NCBI GenBank assembly: GCA_036007925.1
Contig: DASYOJ010000193.1
Location: 1 to 50,998 of the forward strand
Origin: Candidatus Nanopelagicales bacterium
GTDB lineage: Bacteria; Actinomycetota; Actinomycetes; S36-B12
Direction: 5' to 3'
Length of the DNA stretch: 50,998 nucleotides
Shown here: positions 43,384 through 50,998 of the stretch, one piece after another
How positions within the stretch are numbered: the stretch's first letter is position 1
Layout of the letters: every line of letters begins with the position of its first letter
Made by a program: the position numbers and the translations under genes
Notes under the pieces: model-generated
Database searches by the model: none
What the model was told of the DNA's origin: nothing
What the model saw: the letters and a program-made list of their open reading frames with translations, nothing else

Positions 43384-43406
43384 GAGTTGAAGTCTACGCT
43401 CGCCAT
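43384..43406. promoter_or_regulatory. 23-bp divergent promoter region with back-to-back TANNNT -10 candidates (both genes possibly leaderless)
   Basis: Plus-strand TACGCT (43395-43400) lies 6 nt before ATG 43407. Minus-strand TAGACT (43396-43391) lies 7 nt before GTG 43383. There is no room for an SD on either side. Confidence 0.3.
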
Positions 43407-44108
43407 ATGGAACCGCAGTTGCCGCTCTTTCCGCTCACGACGGCTCTGGTTCCCGGGCTGGTACTGCCGCTACACATTTTCGAGCCGCGCTACCGGCTGA
43501 TGATCGAGGAATTGCTGGCAAAACCCGAGGATGAGCGGGAATTTGGAATCGTGGCGGTGCGTGAACGCCATATCGGTGCCCTGAGTTCCCCCGATAGCGA
43601 GGCCGGCCACGCAGATGAGTTCTTCCCCGTCGGAGTCACCGCGGTCGTTCGGCAAGCCGACCGCCTTGATGACGGGCGTTACGACATTGTCACGATCGGC
43701 GGACGTCGTTTCTGTGTCGAGGAAATCGACCGGTCCGCCCCGCTGCTGCGAGCCCAGGTGGAATTCCTTGACGAACCGGAGATCGATTCGGACGACGCTC
43801 GAGTACGCGGGATCGTCGGGCGAGCCAAACGCTCCTTCGAAAAGTACCGCGCGGCCCTCGGAGGGCGCTTGGACGAAGAACGCCCCGATGACGAACAGAT
43901 CCCTGATGACCCCACAGTGCTGAGTTACCTGATCACCGCAGCACTGATCGTTGATGCCGAGACACGGAACGAACTCTTGGCTTCTCCGGACGCACTCACG
44001 CGCCTGTTCCAGGGCATCCGCGTGCTCGATAGCGAGAGCGCCATCATCGCCACTCTTGGGGCGGTTCCCGCCTTGGATCTACTGAACTCCGCACCGTCGG
44101 CCAACTAA
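43407..44108 (+). CDS. LON peptidase N-terminal (substrate-binding) domain protein
   Basis: [29 protein letters not shown] is the typical LON N-domain opening. 233 aa with no ATPase or protease domain. Confidence 0.85.
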   Translation: MEPQLPLFPLTTALVPGLVLPLHIFEPRYRLMIEELLAKPEDEREFGIVAVRERHIGALSSPDSEAGHADEFFPVGVTAVVRQADRLDDGRYDIVTIGGRRFCVEEIDRSAPLLRAQVEFLDEPEIDSDDARVRGIVGRAKRSFEKYRAALGGRLDEERPDDEQIPDDPTVLSYLITAALIVDAETRNELLASPDALTRLFQGIRVLDSESAIIATLGAVPALDLLNSAPSAN

Positions 44109-44115
44109 GCGGCCG

Positions 44116-44646
44116 ATGACCAGGGGCACTCCTCGATCCATTCGACCTTCCGGCGGCTCCCCTGCCATCACGGCATTGCAGGCACTCAAGATCGACTTCG
44201 ACCTTCACCGATACGACCACGATCCCCAGTGCCTGGATTTCGGTGATGAGGCGGTGCGGGCGTTAGGCCTTGCCCTGGGATGTGCGCCGATGTCGGTCTT
44301 CAAATCCTTGGTGTGGACGATCGATGAACGGCCATGCCTGGCGCTGGTACCCGTTCCCACCCTCATCTCACCCAAACGGCTCGCATCAGCTCTCGGCGGC
44401 CACCGCGCGGCACTCGCTGACGCGCGATTGGCCGAACGGGTCAGTGGATCGCACCTAGGCGCCATCAGTCCGATTGCCCCACGCCGCGAGGTACCGGTAG
44501 TGATCGACGAATCGGTAGAAGAGCACCTGCGCGTCTTTGTTAGTGCCGGGCGCCGGGGACTGGAACTATCGATGACGCCAACGGACCTGGTGCGCGCTAG
44601 CCGAGCTCGCCTTGCGCCGATCGCTGGCGGTCCAACCGAAAGCTAG
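44116..44646 (+). CDS. YbaK/EbsC-family aminoacyl-tRNA deacylase (Cys-tRNA(Pro) deacylase-like)
   Basis: 176-aa ORF with TPAITALQALKIDFDLHRY, FKSLVW and GGHLGAISPI-type segments (here SGSHLGAISPIA) and VFVSAGRRGLEL. The start may lie a few codons downstream. Confidence 0.75.
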   Translation: MTRGTPRSIRPSGGSPAITALQALKIDFDLHRYDHDPQCLDFGDEAVRALGLALGCAPMSVFKSLVWTIDERPCLALVPVPTLISPKRLASALGGHRAALADARLAERVSGSHLGAISPIAPRREVPVVIDESVEEHLRVFVSAGRRGLELSMTPTDLVRASRARLAPIAGGPTES

Positions 44647-45181
44647 CGAGCCAATCGGCGAGAGCGAGAACTGCGACAACAACCGCCGACGCAATGGCCC
44701 AGACCAAAAAGACCCCGGGCATCGTGACTTCCAGTGGGGCATCGACGACGAATTCGACATCTGTCGTCGCGATGAGTCCCTCAATATCCACAGACCCAAG
44801 GCGGGTGCCCACCTGCCACATCGCGAAGGTGCCCAGCGTTCCAGCGACCAAGCCGGCCAGCAGTACCCCCAGCAGATGCTGACGGCGCATCGCCGCCAAT
44901 GCAACGGTGAGGATGAGCCCCGCTACCAGCGCCAGTGCAGCAAAAGCGATATCAGCAGCCAAATACTCCTCTGGCTGGAAACCTTCTGGCCGGGAACCAT
45001 CGGGTTGGATAACGACCGGAACGCGCGGGGCTAGCCGCCACCACAAAACCCCGAGCGCCGCGCCACTGAGCAATCCGACCACGACGCCGGCGATAACAAC
45101 GCTGAGTTCGGGTCGCTCGGGTCGCTCGGGTCGCTCAGATCGCTCAACCTGTGGAGATGTCACGCCGGAACGGTACGACAC
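44597..45181 (-). CDS. membrane protein, 4 predicted TM helices (DUF2567-like), function unknown
   Basis: 194-aa ORF with a GTG start and an N-terminal ERSERPERPERPE repeat followed by hydrophobic helices. Its 3' end overlaps the convergent ybaK-like CDS by 50 nt. Confidence 0.65.
   Translation of the reverse strand: MSYRSGVTSPQVERSERPERPERPELSVVIAGVVVGLLSGAALGVLWWRLAPRVPVVIQPDGSRPEGFQPEEYLAADIAFAALALVAGLILTVALAAMRRQHLLGVLLAGLVAGTLGTFAMWQVGTRLGSVDIEGLIATTDVEFVVDAPLEVTMPGVFLVWAIASAVVVAVLALADWLASFRLDRQRSAQGELG
45108..45143. repeat. 9-bp tandem repeat (tcgggtcgc x3 perfect plus one degenerate copy)
   Basis: Read directly at 45108-45116, 45117-45125 and 45126-45134, followed by tcagatcgc. It is in frame and encodes (ERP)n in the membrane protein N-terminus. 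Confidence 0.85.
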
Positions 45182-45217
45182 GCCAGTCCTTGATCAGCGC
45201 ACTTCGGGCCGGAATCT

Positions 45218-48200
45218 CTAGTGAAGGCAGTTGGCTCCCAGCAGCGCCTTGAGATCGCCATACAAGGATGCCGAAGGACTTACGCGCATAGCGTCGTCAA
45301 GGCGGACAACTGTGGTACTCGTACCCCCTGTCAAATGCAAGTGGACTTCGGTGGTCCCCGGATATTGGCGCAGCACCTCCTTCAAACGCTCAACTAACGG
45401 CGGGACGCATCGAGAAGCTGCCAGGGACAACCGCACCGGGCCGGTGCCTGCCTGCGAAAGATCCGGCGTATCGACGTCCATCGCGATCAATCGCAATCCA
45501 TCTTCGTCGCTACGTTCAGCACGAACACGCATCGTCACGATGGAGTCCTCCACCAGTTGCGTGGCGACTGAGGTGTACGTCTGCGGGAAGACCATTACTT
45601 CTGCGACCCCATCAAGATCCTCGAGTGCGGCGATCGCCCAAGCCGAGCCCTTCTTAGTGGTCTTGCGCTGCACCGCCGTAATCAATCCCGCAACGGTAAG
45701 AACAGCCGACTCCAAGGTCTCATCCGTGAGTAACGATGCCAACGAGCGGTCAGCCATCGTGGCAAGGGCATGTTCTAGACCGCTCAGTGGGTGATCGGAC
45801 ACATACAGACCCAACATGTCACGCTCATGGGCCAACAGCACCGACTTGTCCCATTCCCCCACCGGCACCGGAGTCCGCTCAGCCAAACCGGCGGAATCGT
45901 CGTCAGATGCCAAGCCATCGGCTCCGCCGAGCCCCCCGAAAAGATCAAACTGGCCTGCGGCCTCAGCGCGTTTAATCTCAACCGCTGAATCGATGACCAA
46001 CTCGTGCACCGTAACCAGCCCCTTGCGGGTGTGTCCGTGAGAGTCGAAGGCGCCTGCTTTGACCAAGGACTCCACCACGCGCCGGTTACACACGGCAATG
46101 TCGGACTTGGCGATGAAGTCATGAAAGTCGGTGTAGCGCCCTTTACTGCGACGGGTAGCGATAATCGAATCGACGACGCCATCTCCGACGTTACGAATCG
46201 CCGATAGGCCGAAACGGATGTCGCTACCACGCGCGGTGTAAGCCCCGTCTGATTCGTTCACATCCGGTGGCAGAACCTTGATACCCATACGTCGGCACTC
46301 GCCGAGATAAATCGCGCTCTTGTCTTTGTCATCTTGCACACTGGTCAGCAGCGCCGCCATGTACTCGGCCGGGAAATTGGCTTTTAGATACGCAGTCCAG
46401 TACGAAACCAATCCGTAGCCGGCGGTATGTGCCTTGTTGAATGCGTAGTCGGAAAACGGGACCAGGATCTCCCACAGGGTATCGATCGCAGCATCGCTGT
46501 AGCCGCGCTCGCGCATGCCGTCACGGAACGGCACGAACTCTTGCTCGAGAATTTCCTTCTTCTTCTTTCCCATCGCCCGGCGCAACAGATCCGCTTTGCC
46601 AAGCGAGTAGCCCGCGAGTTCTTGCGCGATGGCCATGACCTGTTCTTGGTACACGATCAGGCCATAGGTATCGCCCAGAATGTCGCCCAACGGTTCGGCT
46701 AGTTCGGGATGAATGGGCACAACGGGTTTACGGCCATTTTTACGATCGGCGTAGTCGTTATGCGCGTTAGCTCCCATGGGGCCAGGCCGGTAGAGAGCCA
46801 GAACTGCGGAGATGTCCTCGAAGTTATCCGGCTGCATCGAGCGCAGCAGCGAACGCATCGGCCCACCATCGAGTTGGAAGACGCCGAGGGTGTCGCCGCG
46901 GGAAAGCAATTGATATGTAGTTAGATCATCTAAACTGATGTCTTCCAGGACAATCCGCTGACCGGTGTTCTTCTCGATGTTGTCCAAGCAATCGTCGAGA
47001 ACCGTCAAGTTACGAAGGCCGAGGAAGTCCATTTTCAACAGACCCAGTGACTCGCAAGCCCCCATGTCGAACTGAGTGATGATCGCGCCATCTTGTTCGC
47101 GTCTCCAGATGGGTATCACATCCATCAACGGTTCCCGCGACAAGATCACACCAGCGGCGTGCACCCCTGGTTGGCGCTTGAGTCCTTCGAGGCCTTTGGC
47201 GGTGTCGATGACCTGCCGTGCTTGTTCGTCAGACTCGTACAGGGACCGGAACTCACCGGCCTCCGCGTACCGGGAATCGGATGGGTTGAAGACCCCAGCA
47301 AGGGAGATGTCCTTACCCATGACCGAGGGGGGCATCGCCTTCGTGATCCGATCCCCGAGCGAGTAGGGATAGCCAAGCACCCGGGCACTGTCTTTTATGG
47401 CCGCTTTCGCCTTGATAGATCCATAGGTGACGATCTGAGCCACGCGTTCCTCACCGTACTTCTCGGTCGCGTACCGGATCATGTCAGCTCGTCGACGCTC
47501 ATCGAAATCGATGTCGATATCGGGCATTGAGATGCGTTCAGGGTTCAAGAAGCGTTCGAAAAGCAACCCATGTTGAAGCGGATCGAGCTCGGTAATGCCT
47601 AGGGCATAAGCGATCATCGCTCCGGCAGCAGACCCACGCCCTGGACCGACGCGAATTCCGTTCTCTTTCGCATACCGCACCAGATCTGCCACCACGAGGA
47701 AATACCCCGGGTAACCCATTTGCGAGACGACCTGAAGTTCATACTCTGCTTGCGCTCGGACATCGTCGGGAATCGCTCCTCGGTAGCGGTCGTGAAGACC
47801 CCGCTCCACTTCGGCAATCAACCATGATTCCTCTGTGTGTCCCTCCGGCACCGAGAATTGCGGCATCAAATTGGCGCCCTCGTCAAAGTGCACATCACAC
47901 CGTTGCGCGATGAGCAACGTGTTGTCGCAGGCCTCCGGTAATTCGCTCCAGACTTTGCGCATTTCTTCAGCAGATTTCACGTAGAAGTCCCGTGCATCGA
48001 ATCGGAAGCGCTTGGGGTCATCCATCGTGGTTCGAGTGCCCACGCATAACAGAACTTCGTGGGTGTCGGCGTCGTCGGCGTGCACGTAGTGCAGATCGTT
48101 GGTGGCGACTAAGGGAAGATCGAGATCACGGGCTATGCGCAGTAGGTCTTCTCGGAATCGACGCTCAATTCCGAGCCCGTGATCCATCACTTCACAGAAA

Positions 48201-48778
48201 TAGTTACCCGCTCCCAAGATGTCGCGGAAATCTGCGGCCGCGTTCCTTGCCTTCTCAAATTCCCCGGCTTGCAGCCATCGATTCACCTCTCCACTTGGGC
48301 ACCCGGTGGTGCCGATGAGCCCGGTTCCGTATCGGTCGAGTAACTCACGATCGAAGCGGGGCTTGTGGTACTGACCCTCGAGACTGGCAAGCGATGACAG
48401 GCGGAACAGGTTGTGCATCCCCTGAGTGTTCTCAGCCCACAAGGTCATGTGGGTGTAGTTGTGCTTGCCCCTTCCTGCCGCTGGATCCTCAGGTGTTCCT
48501 TCGTCAAATCCACCGCCGAAATCAAAGGGACGTCGTTCCGCACGCCCTTGCGGGGCGAAATAACCCTCGAGCCCGATGATCGGCTTGATCTCAGCGGCCC
48601 GTGCTGCTTTGAAGAAGTCATAGGCCCCGAACAAGTTGCCGTGGTCGGTCATGGCGATCGCCGGCATATTTAAGCGTCGGGCTTCGGCCATCAAGTCCGG
48701 CAATCTGGCAGCGCCATCAAGCATCGAATACTCGGTATGGACGTGAAGGTGAACGAAATCTCCGCGCGACTCACTCAT
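45218..48778 (-). CDS. dnaE: DNA polymerase III alpha subunit (DnaE1)
   Basis: PHP domain FVHLHVHTEYSMLDGA and the polymerase core (PDIDIDF, GLLKMDFLGLRNL), with OB fold and C-terminal domain. Start trimmed to ATG 48778 (MSESRGDF). Confidence 0.97.
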   Translation of the reverse strand: MSESRGDFVHLHVHTEYSMLDGAARLPDLMAEARRLNMPAIAMTDHGNLFGAYDFFKAARAAEIKPIIGLEGYFAPQGRAERRPFDFGGGFDEGTPEDPAAGRGKHNYTHMTLWAENTQGMHNLFRLSSLASLEGQYHKPRFDRELLDRYGTGLIGTTGCPSGEVNRWLQAGEFEKARNAAADFRDILGAGNYFCEVMDHGLGIERRFREDLLRIARDLDLPLVATNDLHYVHADDADTHEVLLCVGTRTTMDDPKRFRFDARDFYVKSAEEMRKVWSELPEACDNTLLIAQRCDVHFDEGANLMPQFSVPEGHTEESWLIAEVERGLHDRYRGAIPDDVRAQAEYELQVVSQMGYPGYFLVVADLVRYAKENGIRVGPGRGSAAGAMIAYALGITELDPLQHGLLFERFLNPERISMPDIDIDFDERRRADMIRYATEKYGEERVAQIVTYGSIKAKAAIKDSARVLGYPYSLGDRITKAMPPSVMGKDISLAGVFNPSDSRYAEAGEFRSLYESDEQARQVIDTAKGLEGLKRQPGVHAAGVILSREPLMDVIPIWRREQDGAIITQFDMGACESLGLLKMDFLGLRNLTVLDDCLDNIEKNTGQRIVLEDISLDDLTTYQLLSRGDTLGVFQLDGGPMRSLLRSMQPDNFEDISAVLALYRPGPMGANAHNDYADRKNGRKPVVPIHPELAEPLGDILGDTYGLIVYQEQVMAIAQELAGYSLGKADLLRRAMGKKKKEILEQEFVPFRDGMRERGYSDAAIDTLWEILVPFSDYAFNKAHTAGYGLVSYWTAYLKANFPAEYMAALLTSVQDDKDKSAIYLGECRRMGIKVLPPDVNESDGAYTARGSDIRFGLSAIRNVGDGVVDSIIATRRSKGRYTDFHDFIAKSDIAVCNRRVVESLVKAGAFDSHGHTRKGLVTVHELVIDSAVEIKRAEAAGQFDLFGGLGGADGLASDDDSAGLAERTPVPVGEWDKSVLLAHERDMLGLYVSDHPLSGLEHALATMADRSLASLLTDETLESAVLTVAGLITAVQRKTTKKGSAWAIAALEDLDGVAEVMVFPQTYTSVATQLVEDSIVTMRVRAERSDEDGLRLIAMDVDTPDLSQAGTGPVRLSLAASRCVPPLVERLKEVLRQYPGTTEVHLHLTGGTSTTVVRLDDAMRVSPSASLYGDLKALLGANCLH

Positions 48779-48878
48779 GGGCGCACCCGTCGGCTGCGGC
48801 TTTCCCGCCGACCGAAGAAGCAAGAGCCCGAGTTTCGCGAACGCACCGCTTAACCCTAGGCCAGTTCAGCTCATGTCC

Positions 48879-49856
48879 TCAGGAAGGCAGGCCGTGGTGG
48901 AGCCGGTCCAGGGCCGATTGCAAGTCCTCGGGGTAGTCACTCTCGACGATGATCCGCTCCCCTGTCCGGGGATGGTCGAACCCCAACTGTCTCGCGTGCA
49001 ACCACTGCCTCGTCAGACCCAGCTTCGCGGCCAGCGTTGGGTCCGCTCCGTACGTCGTGTCGCCTACGCAGGGGTGCCGCATGGCTGCCATGTGCACCCG
49101 AATCTGGTGGGTGCGCCCCGTCTCGAGATGGACCTCTACCAACGAGGCTCGTGGCCAGGCCTCCAGTGTCCGGTAGTGGGTGATGCTCGCCCGCCCACCA
49201 GCCACGACCGCCCACTTGTAGTCCTTTGAGGGATGCCGGTCGATGGGGGCATCGATAGTCCCCTCGAGTGGATCAAGGAGCCCGTGAACGAGCGCGTGAT
49301 ACTCCTTGTCAACGGTTCGCTCCTTGAATTGGGACTTCAGCGCGGAATAGGCGAGCGAGGTCTTGGCAAGGACCATGACACCGCTGGTTCCCACGTCCAA
49401 TCGGTGCACCACCCCCTCGCGTTCGGCTGCTCCGGTGGGGGCGAGTTGGACACCACTCGCCGCCAAGCTTGCTGTCACCGTCGGGCCGCGCCATCCCGGG
49501 CTCGGGTGCGCTGCAAGGCCGACCGGCTTGTCCACCACAACAACGTCGTCGTCCTCCCACAACACCGGGACCACCGATACCTCCGGCTTGTCCACCCCGG
49601 CGCCTTCATCCATGGACTCTTCTCGTGAAGAGTCGGGAGAAATCCCATCGAGATCACCGGATTGGCTATCAGCAACCTCGATCCACTCATCCGGCGTGAG
49701 CCGGTGAGATTTCGCCACCGTTGCACCATTGATTCGTACGGCACCTTGCTCGACGAGCGAAGTGACCTTGGCGCGCGAGAAACCCAGCATGCGCGCGAGT
49801 GCTGCGTCCACGCGCTCCCCGACCAGCCCCGGCGGAACCGGAAGCAAGCGGGTCAC
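48879..49856 (-). CDS. rluD: RluA-family 23S rRNA pseudouridine synthase (RluD-like)
   Basis: N-terminal S4 domain (RVDAALARMLGFSRAKV), catalytic HRLDVGTSGVMVLAK, and HQIRVHM. Confidence 0.92.
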   Translation of the reverse strand: MTRLLPVPPGLVGERVDAALARMLGFSRAKVTSLVEQGAVRINGATVAKSHRLTPDEWIEVADSQSGDLDGISPDSSREESMDEGAGVDKPEVSVVPVLWEDDDVVVVDKPVGLAAHPSPGWRGPTVTASLAASGVQLAPTGAAEREGVVHRLDVGTSGVMVLAKTSLAYSALKSQFKERTVDKEYHALVHGLLDPLEGTIDAPIDRHPSKDYKWAVVAGGRASITHYRTLEAWPRASLVEVHLETGRTHQIRVHMAAMRHPCVGDTTYGADPTLAAKLGLTRQWLHARQLGFDHPRTGERIIVESDYPEDLQSALDRLHHGLPS

Positions 49857-50398
49857 GGCCTACCTTCTTGTTCGTCAAGCCCGTCACGCTGATGCTCCTC
49901 ATGCGACAACGGGACCCCGCGCCAGGCCAGGAAGATCATGCCGATAGCTGCGAAGGTGATGGCCATATCGGCGACATTGAAGATCGGGAAATTGGGTAAA
50001 CCAAGAAAATCCACGACCGAACCCATGCCCGGTGACGGTGGGCGAGTGAGTCGGTCGATCAGGTTTCCTAGCAAGCCGCCGAGTAGCCCGCCTAGCGCCA
50101 CAGCCCAGGCCGGTGAGGTGATTGTGCGAGAAAAGCGGATGATGACCACACCGACGATCACAGCGACGATTGTGAATACCCAGGTATATCCGGCACCGAA
50201 GCCGAACGCCGCCCCGCTGTTCTCGGTGTACGTCAACCGGAGCAACGGGCCCAGCAGATAGATCGGGCCGTCTCCTGCGGCTATCCGCGGCTGCATGACC
50301 GCCACCGCCCACACCTTGGTGATCTGATCCACGACCACGATCCCGGCGGCAGTGGCGATCAAAACCGCCAGCACGCGTGAGCGCGAAGAAGAAGGCAT
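49853..50398 (-). CDS. lspA: lipoprotein signal peptidase (signal peptidase II)
   Basis: TENSGAAFGFG and FPIFNVADMAI catalytic Asp motifs with 4 TM helices. 4-nt overlap with the rluD start. Confidence 0.94.
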   Translation of the reverse strand: MPSSSRSRVLAVLIATAAGIVVVDQITKVWAVAVMQPRIAAGDGPIYLLGPLLRLTYTENSGAAFGFGAGYTWVFTIVAVIVGVVIIRFSRTITSPAWAVALGGLLGGLLGNLIDRLTRPPSPGMGSVVDFLGLPNFPIFNVADMAITFAAIGMIFLAWRGVPLSHEEHQRDGLDEQEGRP

Positions 50399-50437
50399 CT
50401 AGGCAGCCTACGGGCTCTACCTGCACGACCACCGAGA

Positions 50438-50998
50438 CTAGAAGCGCTCCTCCGCCTCTTTGCAGGCCCGACACAAGGTGGCCCGCGGAAATGCCTGTAG
50501 TCGGAACTTGCCCACCGGCTTGCCGCACGATTCGCACGCTCCATAAGAACCATCAGAAATCCTGGTCAAGGCGTGTTCCACCTGCTCGAGCATGTCGCGG
50601 GCGTTGTTGGCTAAAGACATCTCGTGTTCACGCTCGAAGGTCTTGCTGCCAGCATCGGCTTGGTCATCACCGGCGCCGTCTCCGGAATCACGGATGAGGT
50701 CGGCAAGCCCCTCTTCAGCGGTAGCGATTTCCTCCAGGAGGCGAACCTTCTCCCGTCCCAGTTCTTCTCGCACGTCGGCAAGCTCTGCATCGGTCCACGG
50801 TGACTCATCCTCACGAACAACCGGGCGGCGCTTGGGTCGCGGGATGACCGGTGCCTTCTTGGCCGGTGCCTTCTTCGCAGCCGCCTTCTTGGCCGGTGCC
50901 TTCTTCGCAGCCGCCTTCTTGGCCGGTGCCTTCTTCGCAGCCGCCTTCTTCGCCGGTGCCTTCTTCGCAGCCGCCTTCTTCGCCGGTGCCTTCTTCGA
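50438..50998 (-). CDS. TraR/DksA-family C4 zinc-finger protein with Lys/Ala/Pro-rich (histone H1-like) N-terminal repeat; 5' end lies beyond the window
   Basis: C-terminal CESCGKPV...CRACK zinc finger. My translation upstream of the ORF-track start (GTG 50773) stays open and in frame to position 50998: ...(AKKAPAKKAA)n KKAPVIPRPKRRPVVREDESPWTDAELADVREELG... Confidence 0.85.
   Translation of the reverse strand, partial: SKKAPAKKAAAKKAPAKKAAAKKAPAKKAAAKKAPAKKAAAKKAPAKKAPVIPRPKRRPVVREDESPWTDAELADVREELGREKVRLLEEIATAEEGLADLIRDSGDGAGDDQADAGSKTFEREHEMSLANNARDMLEQVEHALTRISDGSYGACESCGKPVGKFRLQAFPRATLCRACKEAEERF
50847..50998. repeat. 30-bp perfect tandem repeat, at least 5 copies, truncated by the window edge
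   Basis: The unit ggccggtgccttcttcgcagccgccttctt occurs at 50861, 50891 and 50921. A variant starting cgcc occurs at 50951 and 50981. It is in frame with the DksA-like CDS. Confidence 0.95.

Noticed and set aside
48779-48878. The largest intergenic gap (100 nt, between rluD and dnaE), examined for a tRNA, sRNA or terminator.
   Set aside because: I see no tRNA-like acceptor or T-arm sequences and no stem-plus-U-tract terminator. There is only a weak GUCGGC...GCCGAC hairpin close to the dnaE start. It is probably an ordinary promoter and 5' UTR.
50847-50998. Regularly spaced 30-bp repeats that could superficially suggest a CRISPR array.
   Set aside because: The repeats are directly tandem with no spacers. 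They are in frame with the DksA-like CDS and encode a Lys/Ala/Pro low-complexity tail.
1-50998. Whole-window search for mobile elements, prophage genes, toxin-antitoxin pairs, restriction-modification or other defence systems, and biosynthetic clusters.
   Set aside because: Every ORF of credible length is accounted for by a housekeeping function or by a conserved syntenic membrane protein. I found no integrase, transposase or recombinase motifs, no flanking direct repeats, no tRNA and no compositional break visible by eye.

Overview
This window looks like conserved core chromosome from a high-GC actinobacterium (Actinomycetota). All calls rest on reading motifs in the supplied translations; I ran no searches. 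I call 47 protein-coding genes, 43 of them on the minus strand, packed with very short or overlapping junctions.

Gene order, right to left on the minus strand:
- DksA-like regulator with a Lys/Ala-rich N-terminus, then lspA, rluD, dnaE and a membrane protein. Two plus-strand genes follow here (a LON-domain protein and a YbaK-like deacylase).
- hisD-hisC-hisB-hisH-hisA(PriA type)-hisF-hisI-trpE.
- Three small uncharacterised membrane proteins, with an OmpR-type response regulator and a histidine kinase embedded among them.
- trpC-trpB-trpA, a DsbA-like protein, lgt, gltB-gltD and pyk.
- pyrR-pyrB-pyrC-membrane ORF-carA-carB-pyrK-pyrD-pyrF-gmk-rpoZ.
- coaBC, metK, primosomal priA, def, fmt, rsmB and rpe. 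An IMPase-family gene sits on the plus strand near the left edge.

I see no rRNA, tRNA, CRISPR array, transposase, integrase, phage gene or recognisable defence gene. No intergenic gap exceeds about 100 nt. I therefore do not think the window holds a self-contained novel accessory system.

The most unusual feature is the two-component system. It is joined by 4-nt start/stop overlaps into the orphan membrane-protein set of the trp operon.

Secondary observations:
- a PyrR-type RNA hairpin that covers the pyrR ribosome-binding site;
- an 11-gene chain of overlapping genes running from pyrR to rpoZ, which includes class 1B pyrK/pyrD and has no mIHF gene between pyrF and gmk;
- a PriA with degenerate ATPase motifs;
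- perfect 30-bp in-frame tandem repeats encoding an AKKAP tail on a DksA-like ORF that runs off the right edge;
- a 23-bp divergent intergenic region that suggests leaderless transcripts;
- convergent genes that overlap or nearly abut.

Several ORF-track start positions are over-extended. I trimmed them where a start codon overlapping the upstream stop, or a canonical N-terminus, supports a shorter gene.
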